A DNA stretch of 64,000 nt from the human T2T-CHM13v2.0 reference genome, Homo sapiens: NCBI RefSeq assembly GCF_009914755.1, contig NC_060934.1, one strand, 5' to 3'. Positions 16,711 through 35,079 of this stretch are shown piece after piece. Made by a program: the position numbers and the translations under genes. The notes beneath the pieces were generated by a model. It had not been told where the DNA came from, did not search any database, and saw nothing but the letters and a program-made list of their open reading frames with translations. Position 1 is the stretch's first letter. Every line of letters begins with the position of its first letter.

Positions 16711-16839
16711 AAGGAAGAAAGGAAGCAAAGAGGGAGCAGAGGGGAGAGGAAGAGAGGAAGGGAAGGCAGAAGGGAGGGAGGGGGCAAGCTAAATTATGGG
16801 AGGCGAGGCAGTCTCATGACAAATGCCCAGACTTGGAAG

Positions 16840-17290
16840 TTAGATCTGATTCAAATTCATTCACCAACTTACTAGCTATATGACTTCAAGCAAAATACTA
16901 CAATTCTTGATAGCCTGTTTGCAGGTTCTAGCAGGGGAATGCAGCTACTCATGTACCCTTAACCAAAGACCTGTCCTCCTCTATCGGGGTTGGTCTTCCT
17001 CTTCAACCTAGCACACAGCTTCAGGAGGGATGCACATGGGGCAGTGAGTGAGGAAGGGGACACCCACCTAGCCAGCCAGATCAGCCACATCAACCCTGGC
17101 CATCAAGGGAGTGACAGATGCCACAGCCAGATCCCCCTCACATCCAAAATACTTGAAGCCTCAATTTTCTCATCTATAAAATGGAGGCAATAATATCCAT
17201 ATTGCATAGTTGCAAGAACAGAAAATGTATAAAAATATCTGAAAAGTATCTAGCATAGTTCCTCGCAAGCAGTAAACTGTTAATAAATAC
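16840..17290 (+). mobile_element. MIR split by the 7SK pseudogene
   Basis: tgacttcaagcaaaatact | tgaagcctcaattttctcatctataaaatgg reconstitutes the MIR core. Confidence 0.75.
16906..17145 (-). pseudogene. 7SK snRNA retropseudogene (RN7SKP class), about nt 1-240, 3'-truncated, no poly(A)
   Basis: Reverse complement reads ggatgtgagggggatctggctgtggcatctgtcac...gctagaacctgcaaacaggctatcaag, colinear with human 7SK from nt 1, with CpG decay. Confidence 0.96.
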
Positions 17291-17586
17291 AAGATCCATA
17301 TGTAAAAAAATAAAATTCTTAGTTATTTAGGAAAGAATGATAGCTAAGCTTTGCATTCTAAGAGAGTGGAGGCATCTGCTTACATATTTTTGTAGAAAAT
17401 GGGATATTCATTGGAAAAAAAAACACCTAGATGAACTTTTTAGGTTTAGAAAATAGGGGTCGTTGGGCAAGTCATAGAGAGAAGAATTTAGTCAAAGGTG
17501 CTTGCTTGTTTTGCATAATTAAATGATGGGTATGAAAACTTTGTTTTCTGGTGGGAACTCAGGAGATAGTACAATGTAGACTGAGT

Positions 17587-18180
17587 GATGGGGAATTCCT
17601 TCTTCCTCTACTCACCTTAGGTTCATTAGCTGGATCCCTGCAAATCAGACTGCTGAAAGTCAGATGAACAAGAGAAAGGCCAGGCACGGTGGCTCACGCC
17701 TGTAATCCTAACACCGTGGGAGGCCGAGGTGGGTGGATCAAGTCAGTAGTGCAAGACCAGCCTGGACAACATGGTGAAACCCTGTCTCTACTAAAAATAC
17801 AAAAAGTAGCTGGGGATGGTGGTGCATGCCTGAAATTCCAGCTACTCAGGAGGCTGAGGCACGAGAATTGCTTGAACACAGGAGGCAAAAGTTGCAGTGA
17901 TCGGAGATCACAACACTGTACTTCAGCCTGGGCAACAGAGTGAGACACTGTCTCAAAATAACAACAACAACAAAAAGTTTATTAACACGTCCATCCTGCA
18001 TACACACAGGAGAAGTTAGTGATGAGGGACTCATAGGGGTGGTTAGAACCTGGGCTTATATAGCATTATAATAAAAGAACAATCATTTTACAGAGAAATG
18101 ACAAGACAAAGGAAAAGGGCTTTGGGCTTTTAGGAACAACAGACTGTAAGAAGGTGAATGCATGGAGGAAACTAATGGAA
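17587..18180 (-). mobile_element. MER34-group ERV1 LTR fragment, interrupted by an Alu
   Basis: ccttaggttcattagctggatccctgcaaatcagactg...cagatgaacaagagaaa resembles the antisense MER34 3' end. Confidence 0.6.
17678..17976 (+). mobile_element. AluS
   Basis: Dimeric Alu with (CAA)n tail. Confidence 0.93.
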
Positions 18181-18202
18181 CTTAAAATAAAAAATAAAAT
18201 AA

Positions 18203-18557
<355 letters not shown>

Positions 18558-18729
18558 TTCATACAATATTTTAATAAATCAAAATTAATGCAAAAAGACC
18601 CACGATAGACAAATATCCAATTTTTAAATAAAGCCAGGATCATTATGACTGAATTTTTTTTTTCTTTTGGCCTCAGGCTGCAAATCTGGCTCAACACAGC
18701 ACTGTGACTGATTCTGACTTTATCTGAAA

Positions 18730-18889
18730 TTTTTTTTTTTTAAACAGTGTCTCGCTCTGTCCCCAGGCTGGAGTGCAGTGACATGATCATAGCTCACTGC
18801 AGCCTCGACTTCCTGAGCTCAAGGGATGCTCCTGCTGAGCTCAGCCTCCTGCAGAGCTAGGAATACCAGCACATGCCACCATGCCTGCC
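18730..18889 (-). mobile_element. FRAM / AluJ right monomer
   Basis: Right arm only; flanks ttatct(g/a)aaatttt. Confidence 0.88.
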
Positions 18890-18956
18890 TTATCTAAAAT
18901 TTTGATATTTTGTTCATCATGGATATTTTTATATTAATTTTGATATCTTAAAATAT

Positions 18957-19591
18957 CACATTAGTCAGGGTTCTCCAGAGAAACAGAACCAATTTAGATA
19001 GAAGAATCAATCTAAATCTTTTTTTAGATTTATTATAAGATACTGGCTCATGTGATTATAGAGGTGAAAATTTCCTCCCTTCTGCAAGCTGGAGACCCAG
19101 GAAAGCCAGTGGTGTAGTTGGAAGGCCTAAGAGCCAGAGAGCTAATGGTGTAGATTCCAATCTGACTCTGAAGGCCTGAGAACCAGGAGCATCAAGAAGA
19201 GAAGAATATTGATGTCCCAACTCAGTGGTCAGGCAGTAAAAGGGCGGATTCCTCTTCCTCTGCCTGTCTGTTCTCTTCAGGCCCTCAACGCATTGGGTGG
19301 TGCCTGCCCTCATTGGGCAGAACCATCTGCTTTACTCAGTTCCTCCATTTAAATACTAATCCCTTAGTATTTAAGAGATTGGGAGGCTGAGGCAGGAGGA
19401 TCGCCTGAGCCCAGGAATTTGAGGCTGCAGTGAACCGTGTTCATGCCAGTGCACTCCAGGCTGGGCAACAGAGAGATGGCTGTTCCAAAAACATATTCAA
19501 CACCTTCACAGACACACCCAAAAATAGTGTTTAATCAGGTATCTGGGCATCCTGTGGCCCAGTCAAGTTGACACAGAACATTAACCATTGT
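18957..19591 (-). mobile_element. MLT2B-type ERVL solo LTR
   Basis: ttagtcagggttctccagagaaacagaaccaat...ccagtcaagttgacac; aatat on both sides. Confidence 0.88.
19379..19482 (+). mobile_element. Tail-less AluJ/FRAM right-arm fragment inside MLT2
   Basis: tgggaggctgaggcaggaggatcgcctgagcccagg...gggcaacagag; no poly(A) or TSD. Confidence 0.85.
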
Positions 19592-19869
19592 AAATATTAT
19601 TTATCCTAATTACTGCATGTTTTTTTTGTACCCTCTGAACTTTTACACCAGAAGTGAGTGAGGCCCTGGACCAGCCAAATTCTAGCTCTGGGCCGCGGGT
19701 ATTGTGTTATGTATGTGGATTTCATGGCAGTCCAAGCAATTTAAGAAATATTGATTGAACACCTGCTGAGCATCAGGCATAGGGTTCAGTTCTAGGGAGT
19801 GAGTAGTAAGCAAGATAGTCAGTCCCTGCCCTCATGAAGCTCACCGTCCACTGAGTGAAATGTACATGA

Positions 19870-20167
<298 letters not shown>

Positions 20168-20194
20168 AATCCTCCTCCTAAACCTCCTCCTAAT

Positions 20195-20375
20195 AAAAAT
20201 TATGTGGGAGTGGTGGTGCCTGCCTGTAGTCCCAGCTACTCAGAAGGCTGAGATGAGAGAATCACTTGAGACCAGGAGGTCAAAGCTGGAGTGAGCTGTG
20301 ATCATGCCTGCACTCTAGCCTGAGTGACAGAGCAAAACCCTGTCCCAAAAGTAAATAACTAAATAGAAAATTAAA
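20195..20375 (+). mobile_element. AluJ right arm
   Basis: tggtggtgcctgcctgtagtcccagctactc...gagctgtgatcatgcc. Confidence 0.88.
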
Positions 20376-20553
20376 ATTTGGAGATGGTACAGGAGGAGAG
20401 AGAAGGTGCATATTACAGTGGCCCAGGCAAGAGAGACAGTGGCCCAGGGCTAAGTGGTAGCAGGGAGAAGAGAGAAGTAGAGACATCTCTAGATGAAGTA
20501 ATCAGGATGTGATAGCTCATTTAAAGGAGGGGTGAGGTGGAAGAAGGAGTCTA

Positions 20554-22757
<2,204 letters not shown>

Positions 22758-23601
22758 TAGTGTACTTAGTTACTCCATGAAAAGAATCAAATTCTTTTCA
22801 GACAACAACAACAACACAGAAACAATTATATAAGTTAATTGTCACATCATGTGATAAGAAATTATGGGTTGTTATTAATCATTTTGAATAGAAAATAAGT
22901 AACGTAAGATGTTGGCAGCTGCATATTATATGGTAACACACTAATAGACAGATCTTGAAAGTCTAGAAATTGATTTCATTTTCATTCATCCAGTTTGTGT
23001 TTCTTGGTTTATTATTCATACATTCTTTAAGCTTGACTTTCTAAGAGGCTCATTATAGAGGAAAAAAGGTCATAATTCTCAGTATTTATTTTGAAGGGGA
23101 TTGGAATGATTTATTCCATAATGTTACAAACAGACAAAACAGCATTCTCTCCTGGGATCTCTGAGATTTTACAGGTCCTGTTCAATGATTTTTATTGTAT
23201 TTTCCATCAGTATTATGTTTATTATCTGACAGGTTTAAGAAGAGGAAAAGGATAATATTATTATAAAGAAAACATATAAAACATCACCTTGGGTTTAACA
23301 TGCTTCAAAATGTCTACAGTGCCACATTTGCTCCAAAATTACCCATAGGCAAATAAATAGCAGCAGCAGCTAAAACGTTTTAATCTCCCCCAGTCCCCCT
23401 ACAAAAATAGACAGAACCACTGATACAGCAAAGCAAAATCTTGTGGACGTCTACAACAAAAGTGATAAGATATTCCCATGAGGAGGAGGGGTCAAACCAC
23501 TAACAGCAATAAGATATGTATGGTAACGGCCGTAGGAAGAAACAGAAGAAAGAAAAACGACTTCCAAAAAACAGCCTAGAAAGCAAATTAGCAACAGGCA
23601 A

Positions 23602-23880
23602 CCACTCCCAAAAGGAAAAGTCTGTTCTCCACATGGAAGCTACCCATTCCCAAAGGGAAGAGACACTCTCGGCATGGAAAAATACCATTTCCAAAGGGAA
23701 GCGTAAACTCTCAGCCTGGAAAAATACCATTTCCAAAGGGAAGAGTAAACTCTCAGCATGGAAGGTACCCATTCCCAAAAGGAAAACTCCACTCTTGGCT
23801 GGAGTACCCGTTCCCAAAGGGAAGAGTCCACTGTCAGCATGGAAGCCATCCATTCCCCAGGGGATGAGTCCACTCTCAGA
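23602..23880. repeat. Degenerate ~42-bp minisatellite, about 6.7 copies
   Basis: Unit starts at 23602, 23644, 23685, 23727, 23769, 23808, 23850; consensus ~CCATTCCCAAAGGGAAGAGTCCACTCTCAGCATGGAAGGTAC. Confidence 0.92.
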
Positions 23881-24009
23881 CCATCAGGTCAATCTGACAA
23901 GAGCAGCCAAAACTGTTGGTGGGGGAAGGGGGTGACTTTGCAGGCTCCAGATCTCCTGCAAACTCTGTGATTGCTCCGACGAAAATGTGTTTAAAAAGAG
24001 AGGAGTCTT

Positions 24010-24366
<357 letters not shown>

Positions 24367-24896
24367 TTATGCACCGAAATGCTCAACGCCACTTTCATAA
24401 AGTAGGACAAATCCCCATACTGAGGAGAGACTGCCAGGCATTGAATGGAAACAGAACAGAACAGGGACACCAAAACTTAAGAAAGAGGATAGCCACACCG
24501 AGCTGGAAAGGGAACACGTCTCAGAATGTGGTGTGTTCAGATCTAAGTCCATGTTTGGATCTCAGTTCATAGATCTCAATGCAGCACAGTAACAGCAGAA
24601 AACGAAGCCCTAGAACACCGGCCCTAGGGAAGATATTCCCGGCATCCTCCTCTCTAAGAGGATAGGAAAGCCGTGAGCTAAAGCGTCATTGTGCTTGAAT
24701 ATCCCATATGATGTAAATTTAAAAAAAAAGATTAAGTGGACAGAGAATATTATTCCTATAGATAATGAAATCATGTCATAAAGACACGAACTTACAATAA
24801 TAAAAATATTAGTCCAACATTTCCAAATGAGCTTAGAGAATTTCAGAAAATGATTGTAGCTATGGAAGAATGCCATAAATCAGAATTAGAAAATGA

Positions 24897-25190
24897 GCCT
24901 GTAATCTTAGCATTTAGGGAGGCTGAGACAGCAGGACTGCTTGAGACTAAAAGTCCAAAACCAGCCTAGGTAACATAGCAAGACCCTGTCTCTACAAAAA
25001 ACAAAAAATAAAATTAGCCAGGCATGATGGTGTGCTACCGTAATCCTGGCTACTTAGGAGGCTGAAGTGGGAGGATCGCTGGAGTCCAGGAGGTCAAGGC
25101 TGTAATGAGCTATGATTGCACCACTGCACTCCAGCCTGAGTGACACAGTGAGACCCTGTCTCAAAATATTTTAAAAGAGGAAAAAAAAAG
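24897..25190 (+). mobile_element. AluJ, 5'-truncated
   Basis: TSD agaaaatgag on both sides. Confidence 0.93.
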
Positions 25191-25369
25191 AAAATGAGAT
25201 GATTGGACAAAAGAAAAGTTTGAAATGTGAGCTAAGAGAATTTTAAAAAGAACTAGGAGTAAAAGAAAAAATAATTTCAGAAATGAAGACCAAAGTAGGA
25301 TGAGCTTAAGGACAAATAAACATCATAAGAAAAAAAGAGAAAATAGAATGAGAGGAAAATAAGAAATTA

Positions 25370-25588
<219 letters not shown>

Positions 25589-25962
25589 TTATATATTAGC
25601 ATACATGTAATAAGAGTCTCAAAAGAAGAAACTCAAAGCAAGGGGAATGAATGCAAACTGGAGCTATAGTTCAGAAAAATGTTACTGATATCAAGTAGAT
25701 CTGAATCCACATCTTTAACGGGCACATGAGGTACCTCGGAAAATCCATTGATAGTGGCCAAAATGAGACTTTTTTTTAAAGTAAATTTATTGAACTGAAA
25801 GAAAAGGGAAAAACCAAATGAAATCTTTAGACATCAAAGTGAAACAACCAAGCCACTCATTAGGGAAAGAGACTAAGACGGACAGATTTCTCAACAGCAA
25901 CATTTTATACCATAGGGCAATGGAATAAAGTATATTACAAACAGTTAAGAAAATGTAGTCAA

Positions 25963-26268
25963 GGCCGGGCGCGGTGGCTCGCGTCTGTAATCCTAGCACT
26001 TTGGGGGTCCAAGGCGGGCAGATCACCTGAGGTCAGGAGTTTGAGACCAGCCTGGCCAACATGGTGAAACCCGGTCCCAACTAAAAATACAAAAAATTAG
26101 CCAGGCATGGTGGCGCGCACCTGTAATCCCACTACTCGGAAGGCCGAGGCAGGAGAATCGCTTGAACCCAGGAGGCGGAGGTTGCAGAGAGCTGAGATCA
26201 CACCACTGCACTCCAGCCAGGGCAACAAGAGCAAAGCTCCCTTCCAAAAAAAAAAAAAAAAAAAGAAA
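25963..26268 (+). mobile_element. AluS (Sq/Sx-like)
   Basis: TSD aagaaaatgtag(t/g)caa. Confidence 0.95.
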
Positions 26269-26794
26269 AGAAAATGTAGGCAAGAATTTTATACCCAGTC
26301 AAGTTTAAAGTCATGCACAAACTGTTAAGAATATGCCAGAACTCATGGAGTATTGTTCTCTGTGCCCTTCCTAAGGAACCTACTAGAAAAAGACAAACAA
26401 ATGACCGAAGAGGAATTGGCATAAGGATCAGGTGGGCGTTGAATATATATATTTACCTGTATAACAATCATTACATGATGGATACAAGGGTGACCCTATA
26501 GAATGTAGTTGTTACACGATACAGTACTACTATAAACAATTATAACACAATTGCTTTTAAAAGCTATCTTTATAAAGCAAGGCAAAATGAAATGAATAAA
26601 CCTAACTGTTCCACGAGTTGGTGGCATAAGCTCAGACGGAGGAAGTATTTTAATTAACTTTAAAATACAGTAATCTGAGGTTACATCCCTGGTAGTATGT
26701 ACCATAAAATCAAACAAGCAGAAAGTCTTAAACTGTTTTTTTAGCATTCAAATTTCTACTAATACTATTGACATTGCTATTCTGAAACTATTAC

Positions 26795-26922
26795 TTTGTT
26801 AAAATAGAGACAGGGTTTTGCTATGTTGCCCAGGCTGGTCTCGAACTCCTGGGCTCAAGTGATCCTCCTGCCTTGGCCTCCTAAAGTGCTGTGATTACAG
26901 GAATGAGCCATCATGCCTGGCC
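26795..26922 (-). mobile_element. FLAM_C-like monomer
   Basis: Antisense left arm. Confidence 0.85.
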
Positions 26923-27135
26923 AAGCTGTTATATAATATATAAGAGAAATCAAGTAAATAATTATGTGCATGCTGTTAGGAACCAGGATTTTTCACTTGA
27001 GAAAAAAAAAGATAGAATCAAATAAATACATTAAAACTTTATAATCCTAAAATTTCGATTGGAAATGTAAATATGAACTAATAATGTAATTTTAAAATAT
27101 ATACACACATATATAGACTTCAGTTCTGTTCTTTA

Positions 27136-27449
<314 letters not shown>

Positions 27450-28389
27450 GGGGGCTTAATAATAATAAAACAAGTAGCAGTGAGTACCCCTGGTGTCTAC
27501 GTTGTGGAATATAAATACTATTTTGCACTAAAAGAAACTAGAGCTTCTTGGACAAATGGCTAATTGCAGGTGTAGGGCAAGAAACACACAAATATTTTGT
27601 AACGCCAAAATATTTGGCATTACAAATGCCAAAAATTTGTAAATCTTAAATATTTTGTGCCAAAACAAGCCTAAATCATCATGTCAAAATGCCTTAAGGA
27701 GTCAAATTGAAGAGTCTTCAACTAGCCAAATATGGGACCATTGGAATTTTGAAGGAATATTAACCACCCTTAATTGAAATATGCCAGATATGTCTCAATC
27801 CTTTAGTCAGTAATGATACTAAAAGACCTCACTGGTCACATATGGAAGATGCTAGGAATCAACTCGTTATTTTGAAAACTGATGCAGATAAAATGAAATC
27901 AAGCCATTATTTTGCCTTATATGTTTGAAGTGTACCTGAGACAGTAACTGATGAGGGAAAAATTTGGAAGCATTCTAGCTAATGAAGAAACGTGATAGAC
28001 TTAGAATATTACTCTATTACTAACCTTAATGAAATAGTAAATCATTAATGGCCATTGATATCACAGAGAGCCAACCAGACATATATGCCTCTGATAGAAA
28101 TATACAACCCCGCTTAGGAAATATTACCATCAAAAAATTAAACCAGACTGCTGAAGCAAGGACAAATAAACATCATAAGAAAAAAGTGGAAAATGGAATG
28201 GAAGGAAAAATAATAAAAATAGATTATTATTTATATATGAGCATATAGGTGATAGGAACCTACCCAATTTAAAGGAAATGCAAGGAAAAGAAACATGTTA
28301 AACCATACATATAGGGATGCAATCAGATAGTTTTAGAATATGGGAAGCTTGACAGAGAAGTGTCCTGCCTTCCTTAAAAAATAAGTTAT

Positions 28390-28424
28390 ATCGCTTCTCG
28401 GCCTTTTGGCTAAGATCAAGTGTA
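28390..28424 (+). pseudogene. U2 snRNA 5'-fragment retropseudogene (nt 1-35)
   Basis: atcgcttctcggccttttggctaagatcaagtgta matches the U2 5' end as recalled; TSD aaaaaataagttat at 28376-28389 and 28424-28437. Confidence 0.95.
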
Positions 28425-28438
28425 AAAAATAAGTTATA

Positions 28439-28855
<417 letters not shown>

Positions 28856-30434
28856 TCAAATAAGTCAACTGTAAAACAATTATGAGATAATCAAATGTAA
28901 ACACTAGTTGAATAGCTTAGAATATTAACAAATTATTAACGTTTTAAAGTTTAATATTGATGCTCTGGTTATATTTTAAAAGCGTTCTTATGCTTTACAG
29001 ATTCATACAAACATATTTTTGGAGCAAAGAATATCATAAGACTGTTTCAGATTTTAAAAATGAGCTTGCCTCAAAATAATCTGGTGAGGCAAGAAAGTAT
29101 AAATGGACCAAAATTGACCTTGAGTTGATAATTGTTAAAATCGAGTGATGAGACTTGGGGTTTGTTATACTATTGTCTACACTTTTGTATATCCTTAAAA
29201 TTTCCGGTCGGGGGAATTTAGAAAACACACATGGTTCTGCTTTTTTTGTTGTTTTTTTTCTACTCCAAATTTATCTCAACTAGTCAGTGCATCTACTATA
29301 AGTATGCTAGATTAACTTTTCAGGTTACCCAGCCGTTTGAAAATGGGCCCTAAGTTAAAAGAATAAATCAAACTCTAAAGGTGACATATTTCCCTTGATG
29401 CTGGTTTATATCATTTGTCAATGAATTTTAATAAACACTCAGTGACATACTGATTGCTTTATACTAAATAGGCAAAAGAGAAAATGGATTATACCACTGG
29501 CATGAATAACACCATCTATCAATGCTGTGTGGCATGGTGACATCACTTTTGAAATTATCCCATTTCTTAATAGATGAAAATATCTTTTGTCATTTAAAAT
29601 TATTATCCTGCCTCGGCATTACACGTTCACCTAAACATAATTTATGAAAACCTCTACTTATGTAAGAATTTTTATTCCTGCATGTTTTTCATCTTTCAGT
29701 TTATTTTAACAAGGCTGCACCCGAGCAGGAAAAAGCTGAAATTGAACTTTGCATAGCTAAGTAGGAGGAAGAATGTTGTATTCTTCAAACTGGATTGACA
29801 CAAAGTATTCCACATGATGCAAAAATTAATAAGAAGTAGCCCTGGGCTTTTCTTTCTTATAGCTGCATATTGCTTCTAGCTTTTCATTCTCTTGTTATTA
29901 ATTGGTCACAAATCTTGTTTTAGCTATCTCAGTGTTCCTCTCAGCTGATTTTTTTCTTAACCAAAATAATATATCATCCTATTTTTACAGTACATGGCTA
30001 ATTTAGGCAATCACTGCAGTTTTAATTAATGGATTATGATCAAAGTGTTCAGCTTCAAAACCCATTCTTTTAGGCCAGAAATAAACTTTACAACCAGTGA
30101 TATAGTACAACAGTGGATCTGGACATCCGGAGGTTCACTGCCACATGGCATGTTCTCTTGGTCTCAGTTTCTCATTTCTCTAGGTCTCAGTTTTCCTCCT
30201 TCAACATTTCATTGAATAAATATTTATATACCTTCTAAGTGCCCACATTTGTGCTGAAGTTAGCAATACAGGGGTAAGTGTGATATCACCTCCTTACAGT
30301 GGTGTTTGAATTGACACCAGAAAGATGGTTAAGAGTTAGAAGAATGACGAGTCAAGGATAGGAGTGTTTTGAGCAAGGAGAAATTCAAAGGTGCTTAGGA
30401 AAAGGATGTGTATACAATGAGGATGTAGGATTTA

Positions 30435-30761
<327 letters not shown>

Positions 30762-30807
30762 CTAAATGACCCATTAGGTCCTTCCAGTTCTAAATGCTTA
30801 CATAACT

Positions 30808-31115
30808 GACCAGGCATGGTGGTTCACTCCTGCAATCCCAGCACTTTGGGAGGCTGAGGGGTTCTGGATCATTTAAGCCCAGAAGCCTGAGACCAGCCTG
30901 AGCAACCTGGTGGAACCTCATCTCTACTAAAAATAGAAAAATTAGCCAGGCGTGGTGGCATGTCCCTGTAGTCCCAGCTACTCAAGGGGCTGAGACAGGA
31001 GGATCACCTGAGCCTTGGGAGGTCGAAGCTACCGTGAGCCATGATTAGGCCATTGCACTCCAGTCTGGGTGACAGAGTGAGACCCTATCTCAAAAATAGA
31101 ATGAACTAAATAAAC
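30808..31115 (+). mobile_element. AluJ
   Basis: Near-TSD taaatgcttacataact / taaacgcttccataact. Confidence 0.93.
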
Positions 31116-32504
31116 TAAACGCTTCCATAACTCTGTAGCAGTTGTTGAATCAGAGAATCTACATTATCCTCTATTACCACCAAGACCATTTGCAAATTCT
31201 TAGCCTCTATAAATCTCAGTCTTTTCTATAGAATTGTGACTATACTTACCTTAAGTTTGTTGTGGTGCTTAAATAAGATAATATGTTTAAAACCTGTGTC
31301 TGGTATAACCTAATCATTGTGTATAAATGGTAATAGAAATGTATAAATGGCATAAATGTATATAAATGGTAATAATCATTGTTAGCTTATATTTTACGTT
31401 ACTCAAAGAAGCTTCTGCACCTACTACCTTACTTTATTTTTTTAAAAAAAAAGTCCTAGGAGAGACTCATGAGAGTGTTTATTACTCCTGTTTTACAAAT
31501 GAGAAAACTTGAGCTCAAAGAGGTGCTTTAGGAAATGAATGGTGGAAATTGGTCTCTTGGTTTCCTGTTCAGCTCTTTTCTTCTCCCCATCCCATATTAT
31601 TTTTCTATTTTAGCTTCTCTTTGAACAAGTAAGAAATATTAACACAGACTGGGGGCTTGTACAGATTGGTTTATCTTATGGCTGAAGATTTTAGGTTTTC
31701 CTTTGAGTCGTTTTTCTATTATTCTAACAGATCGATCTTATACAAAAACAGTTCGTCTTATGCTAAGCCTTCTTTTTGGAGTGTTAAGATTCTGAATGTC
31801 CTGTCACTCAATGACCTGTTAGGATGAAGACCAGTAAGTGTTTTTAATCATTTTTAGGAGCACCATAGTCTCTGCTCCGTCATTCTTCCATTACTTTAGA
31901 TATGTGAGCTAAAGCTTTCTTTGCAAGCTATTTCTCAGGAAATCAGTAAAGCTTCCACTAGAAATTGCCTCAATTGGATGACATTTCTCAAATAAAAAGT
32001 CACACCATTTGGGACCATGAGCTCATCTTCCCTTGACAATTTAGGAGAAGTAGGCTCATTCCTGGCTTCGTTTTTACTTGAATTACAGATACGAAAAACC
32101 TAAAAGCTATTGCAACCTTTGGAAGTGGAGGAAAAGAGGAAGATAGACCCGAAAGAACTTGTTGTCTGCCAACATGTAAACACTTCAGAGCTGACCTGTC
32201 TATTATTTAAAACAGATTAAACAGAAGTTCTCCTCTTCAGCAGCTGTGCAGTCAGGTGTGTGTATATTGCAGCTTAGTTCTTTTCCAGGCAGAGTCTTTA
32301 GTTCATCCAGGAACAGGAACGAGACGTTTTCTGACAGAACTCGAACTGAAGGGGACATATAATTTATTGGTTTGCATAACTCTGTTAAGGAAATGTTTCT
32401 TCTGCTATTCACCTCCAATTTGGCTGGCTGTTAAATCTGTAGTATAGCTAAAGATGTTTTCTAAATATTAGATATCCATTTTGAGTGTGATAAGTGTCCC
32501 TTAA

Positions 32505-32807
<303 letters not shown>

Positions 32808-33226
32808 GGGTTGTTTTCATGATGGGAGGAATCTATCAAGAGAATTGGTGCTGCCCGCTGTCTAGTCATTACCACAGAGTACAGGGCTGTCAAAGGTCTT
32901 GTTTTAAGTCTGTTTCCCTGAAAATTATCCCTGGCCATTTGCCTTGAATAGTTACATTTCAAAAATAAGATCTTTATTGAAAAAAGCAAAGATAAAAGTG
33001 AGAGGGAATGAATACCAATGCCAGATATCACACTGGTAAAGATTCATAGAATAGACACGGTAGCACAACCATTGGTTTTGTAGGTTTCCTGACTCTTTTC
33101 ATGGCCCTTGGAATGGTTTTTACCCTACAGCCAAATTTCACATTTAGGGTGCCATCATCAATAGGGTTCTTTGCTACAAGTCAATTAATTAAATTGGTGG
33201 GTTCTTTAATATTTTAGACACTATCA

Positions 33227-33592
<366 letters not shown>

Positions 33593-33610
33593 TTTAAAAA
33601 CTGGTGATAC

Positions 33611-33960
33611 CATGGAATACTATGCAGCCATAAAAAAGAATGAGATCATGTCCTTTGCAAGGACATGGATGGAGCTGGAGGCCATTATCTTTAGCAAACT
33701 AACACAGGAACAGAAAACCAAATAGTGCATGTTCTCACTTACAAGCAGGAATTAAATGATGAGAACACATGAACACCTAGAGGGGAACGACACACACTGG
33801 GGCCTTTCAGAGGGTGGCAGGTGGGAGGAGGGAGAGGATCAAGAAGAACAACTGATGGTACTAGGCTTAATACCTGGGTGACGAAATAATCTGTACAACA
33901 AACCCCCATGACACAAGTTTACCTTTGTAACAAACCTGCACTTGTACCTCTGAAAAACAC
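33611..33960 (+). mobile_element. L1PA13-16-type 3' end, severely 5'-truncated
   Basis: catggaatactatgcagcc...gtactaggcttaatacctgggtgac; TSD aactggtgatac at 33599-33610 and 33961-33972. Confidence 0.9.
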
Positions 33961-34196
33961 AACTGGTGATACACGTTTCAAGTGTGTCTGTGTGTATCTA
34001 TAGTCTTTCTGTGAGCTACAGAATGAGAGTAAGACTCCTCCTTGTCTATTTTGACCTCCCACTGTACCCTGACCAGGACCTGCTGTAACAAATTTCTTCT
34101 CTTTCTAGTCTACGCCTTTGTATCTCATTTACCTCTTTCTCCACATGATGCTTGAGGCACCATACCGACTCCACTTTTCTCAGTTTATTAAAATCT

Positions 34197-34816
<620 letters not shown>

Positions 34817-35079
34817 TCTACACAAATGTGCTCCTTCTATTACTAAAACCAGGATCAAATGACTAATTTTATTTGACTGTATGTGATAACTGCTTTCAAA
34901 TTCATGACCATCATTCACTCTGCTTCTCCTTAGGAAATTTTTGTCTCATGGGTGACATATGTTTTGTAGGAGTTTGTGTTTTCCTTTTTGCTTTGGCTTC
35001 CTGGATGCTCAGGGTCAAACTTGTAACCCAATTTAGTAACTCCAATGGCCTTATGCCTTGCATTGCTGCATAATATGTT

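Noticed and set aside
23602-23880. CRISPR-like array or repeat-protein exon
   Set aside because: Whole units are homologous (no spacers), the reading register shifts within the array, and I see no splice support.
28390-28424. Functional U2 gene
   Set aside because: Only 35 nt, flanked by TSDs, with no Sm site or snRNA promoter context.
32065-32260. Possible exon after tttttacttgaattacag
   Set aside because: Candidate donors are weak and the translation is not recognisable.
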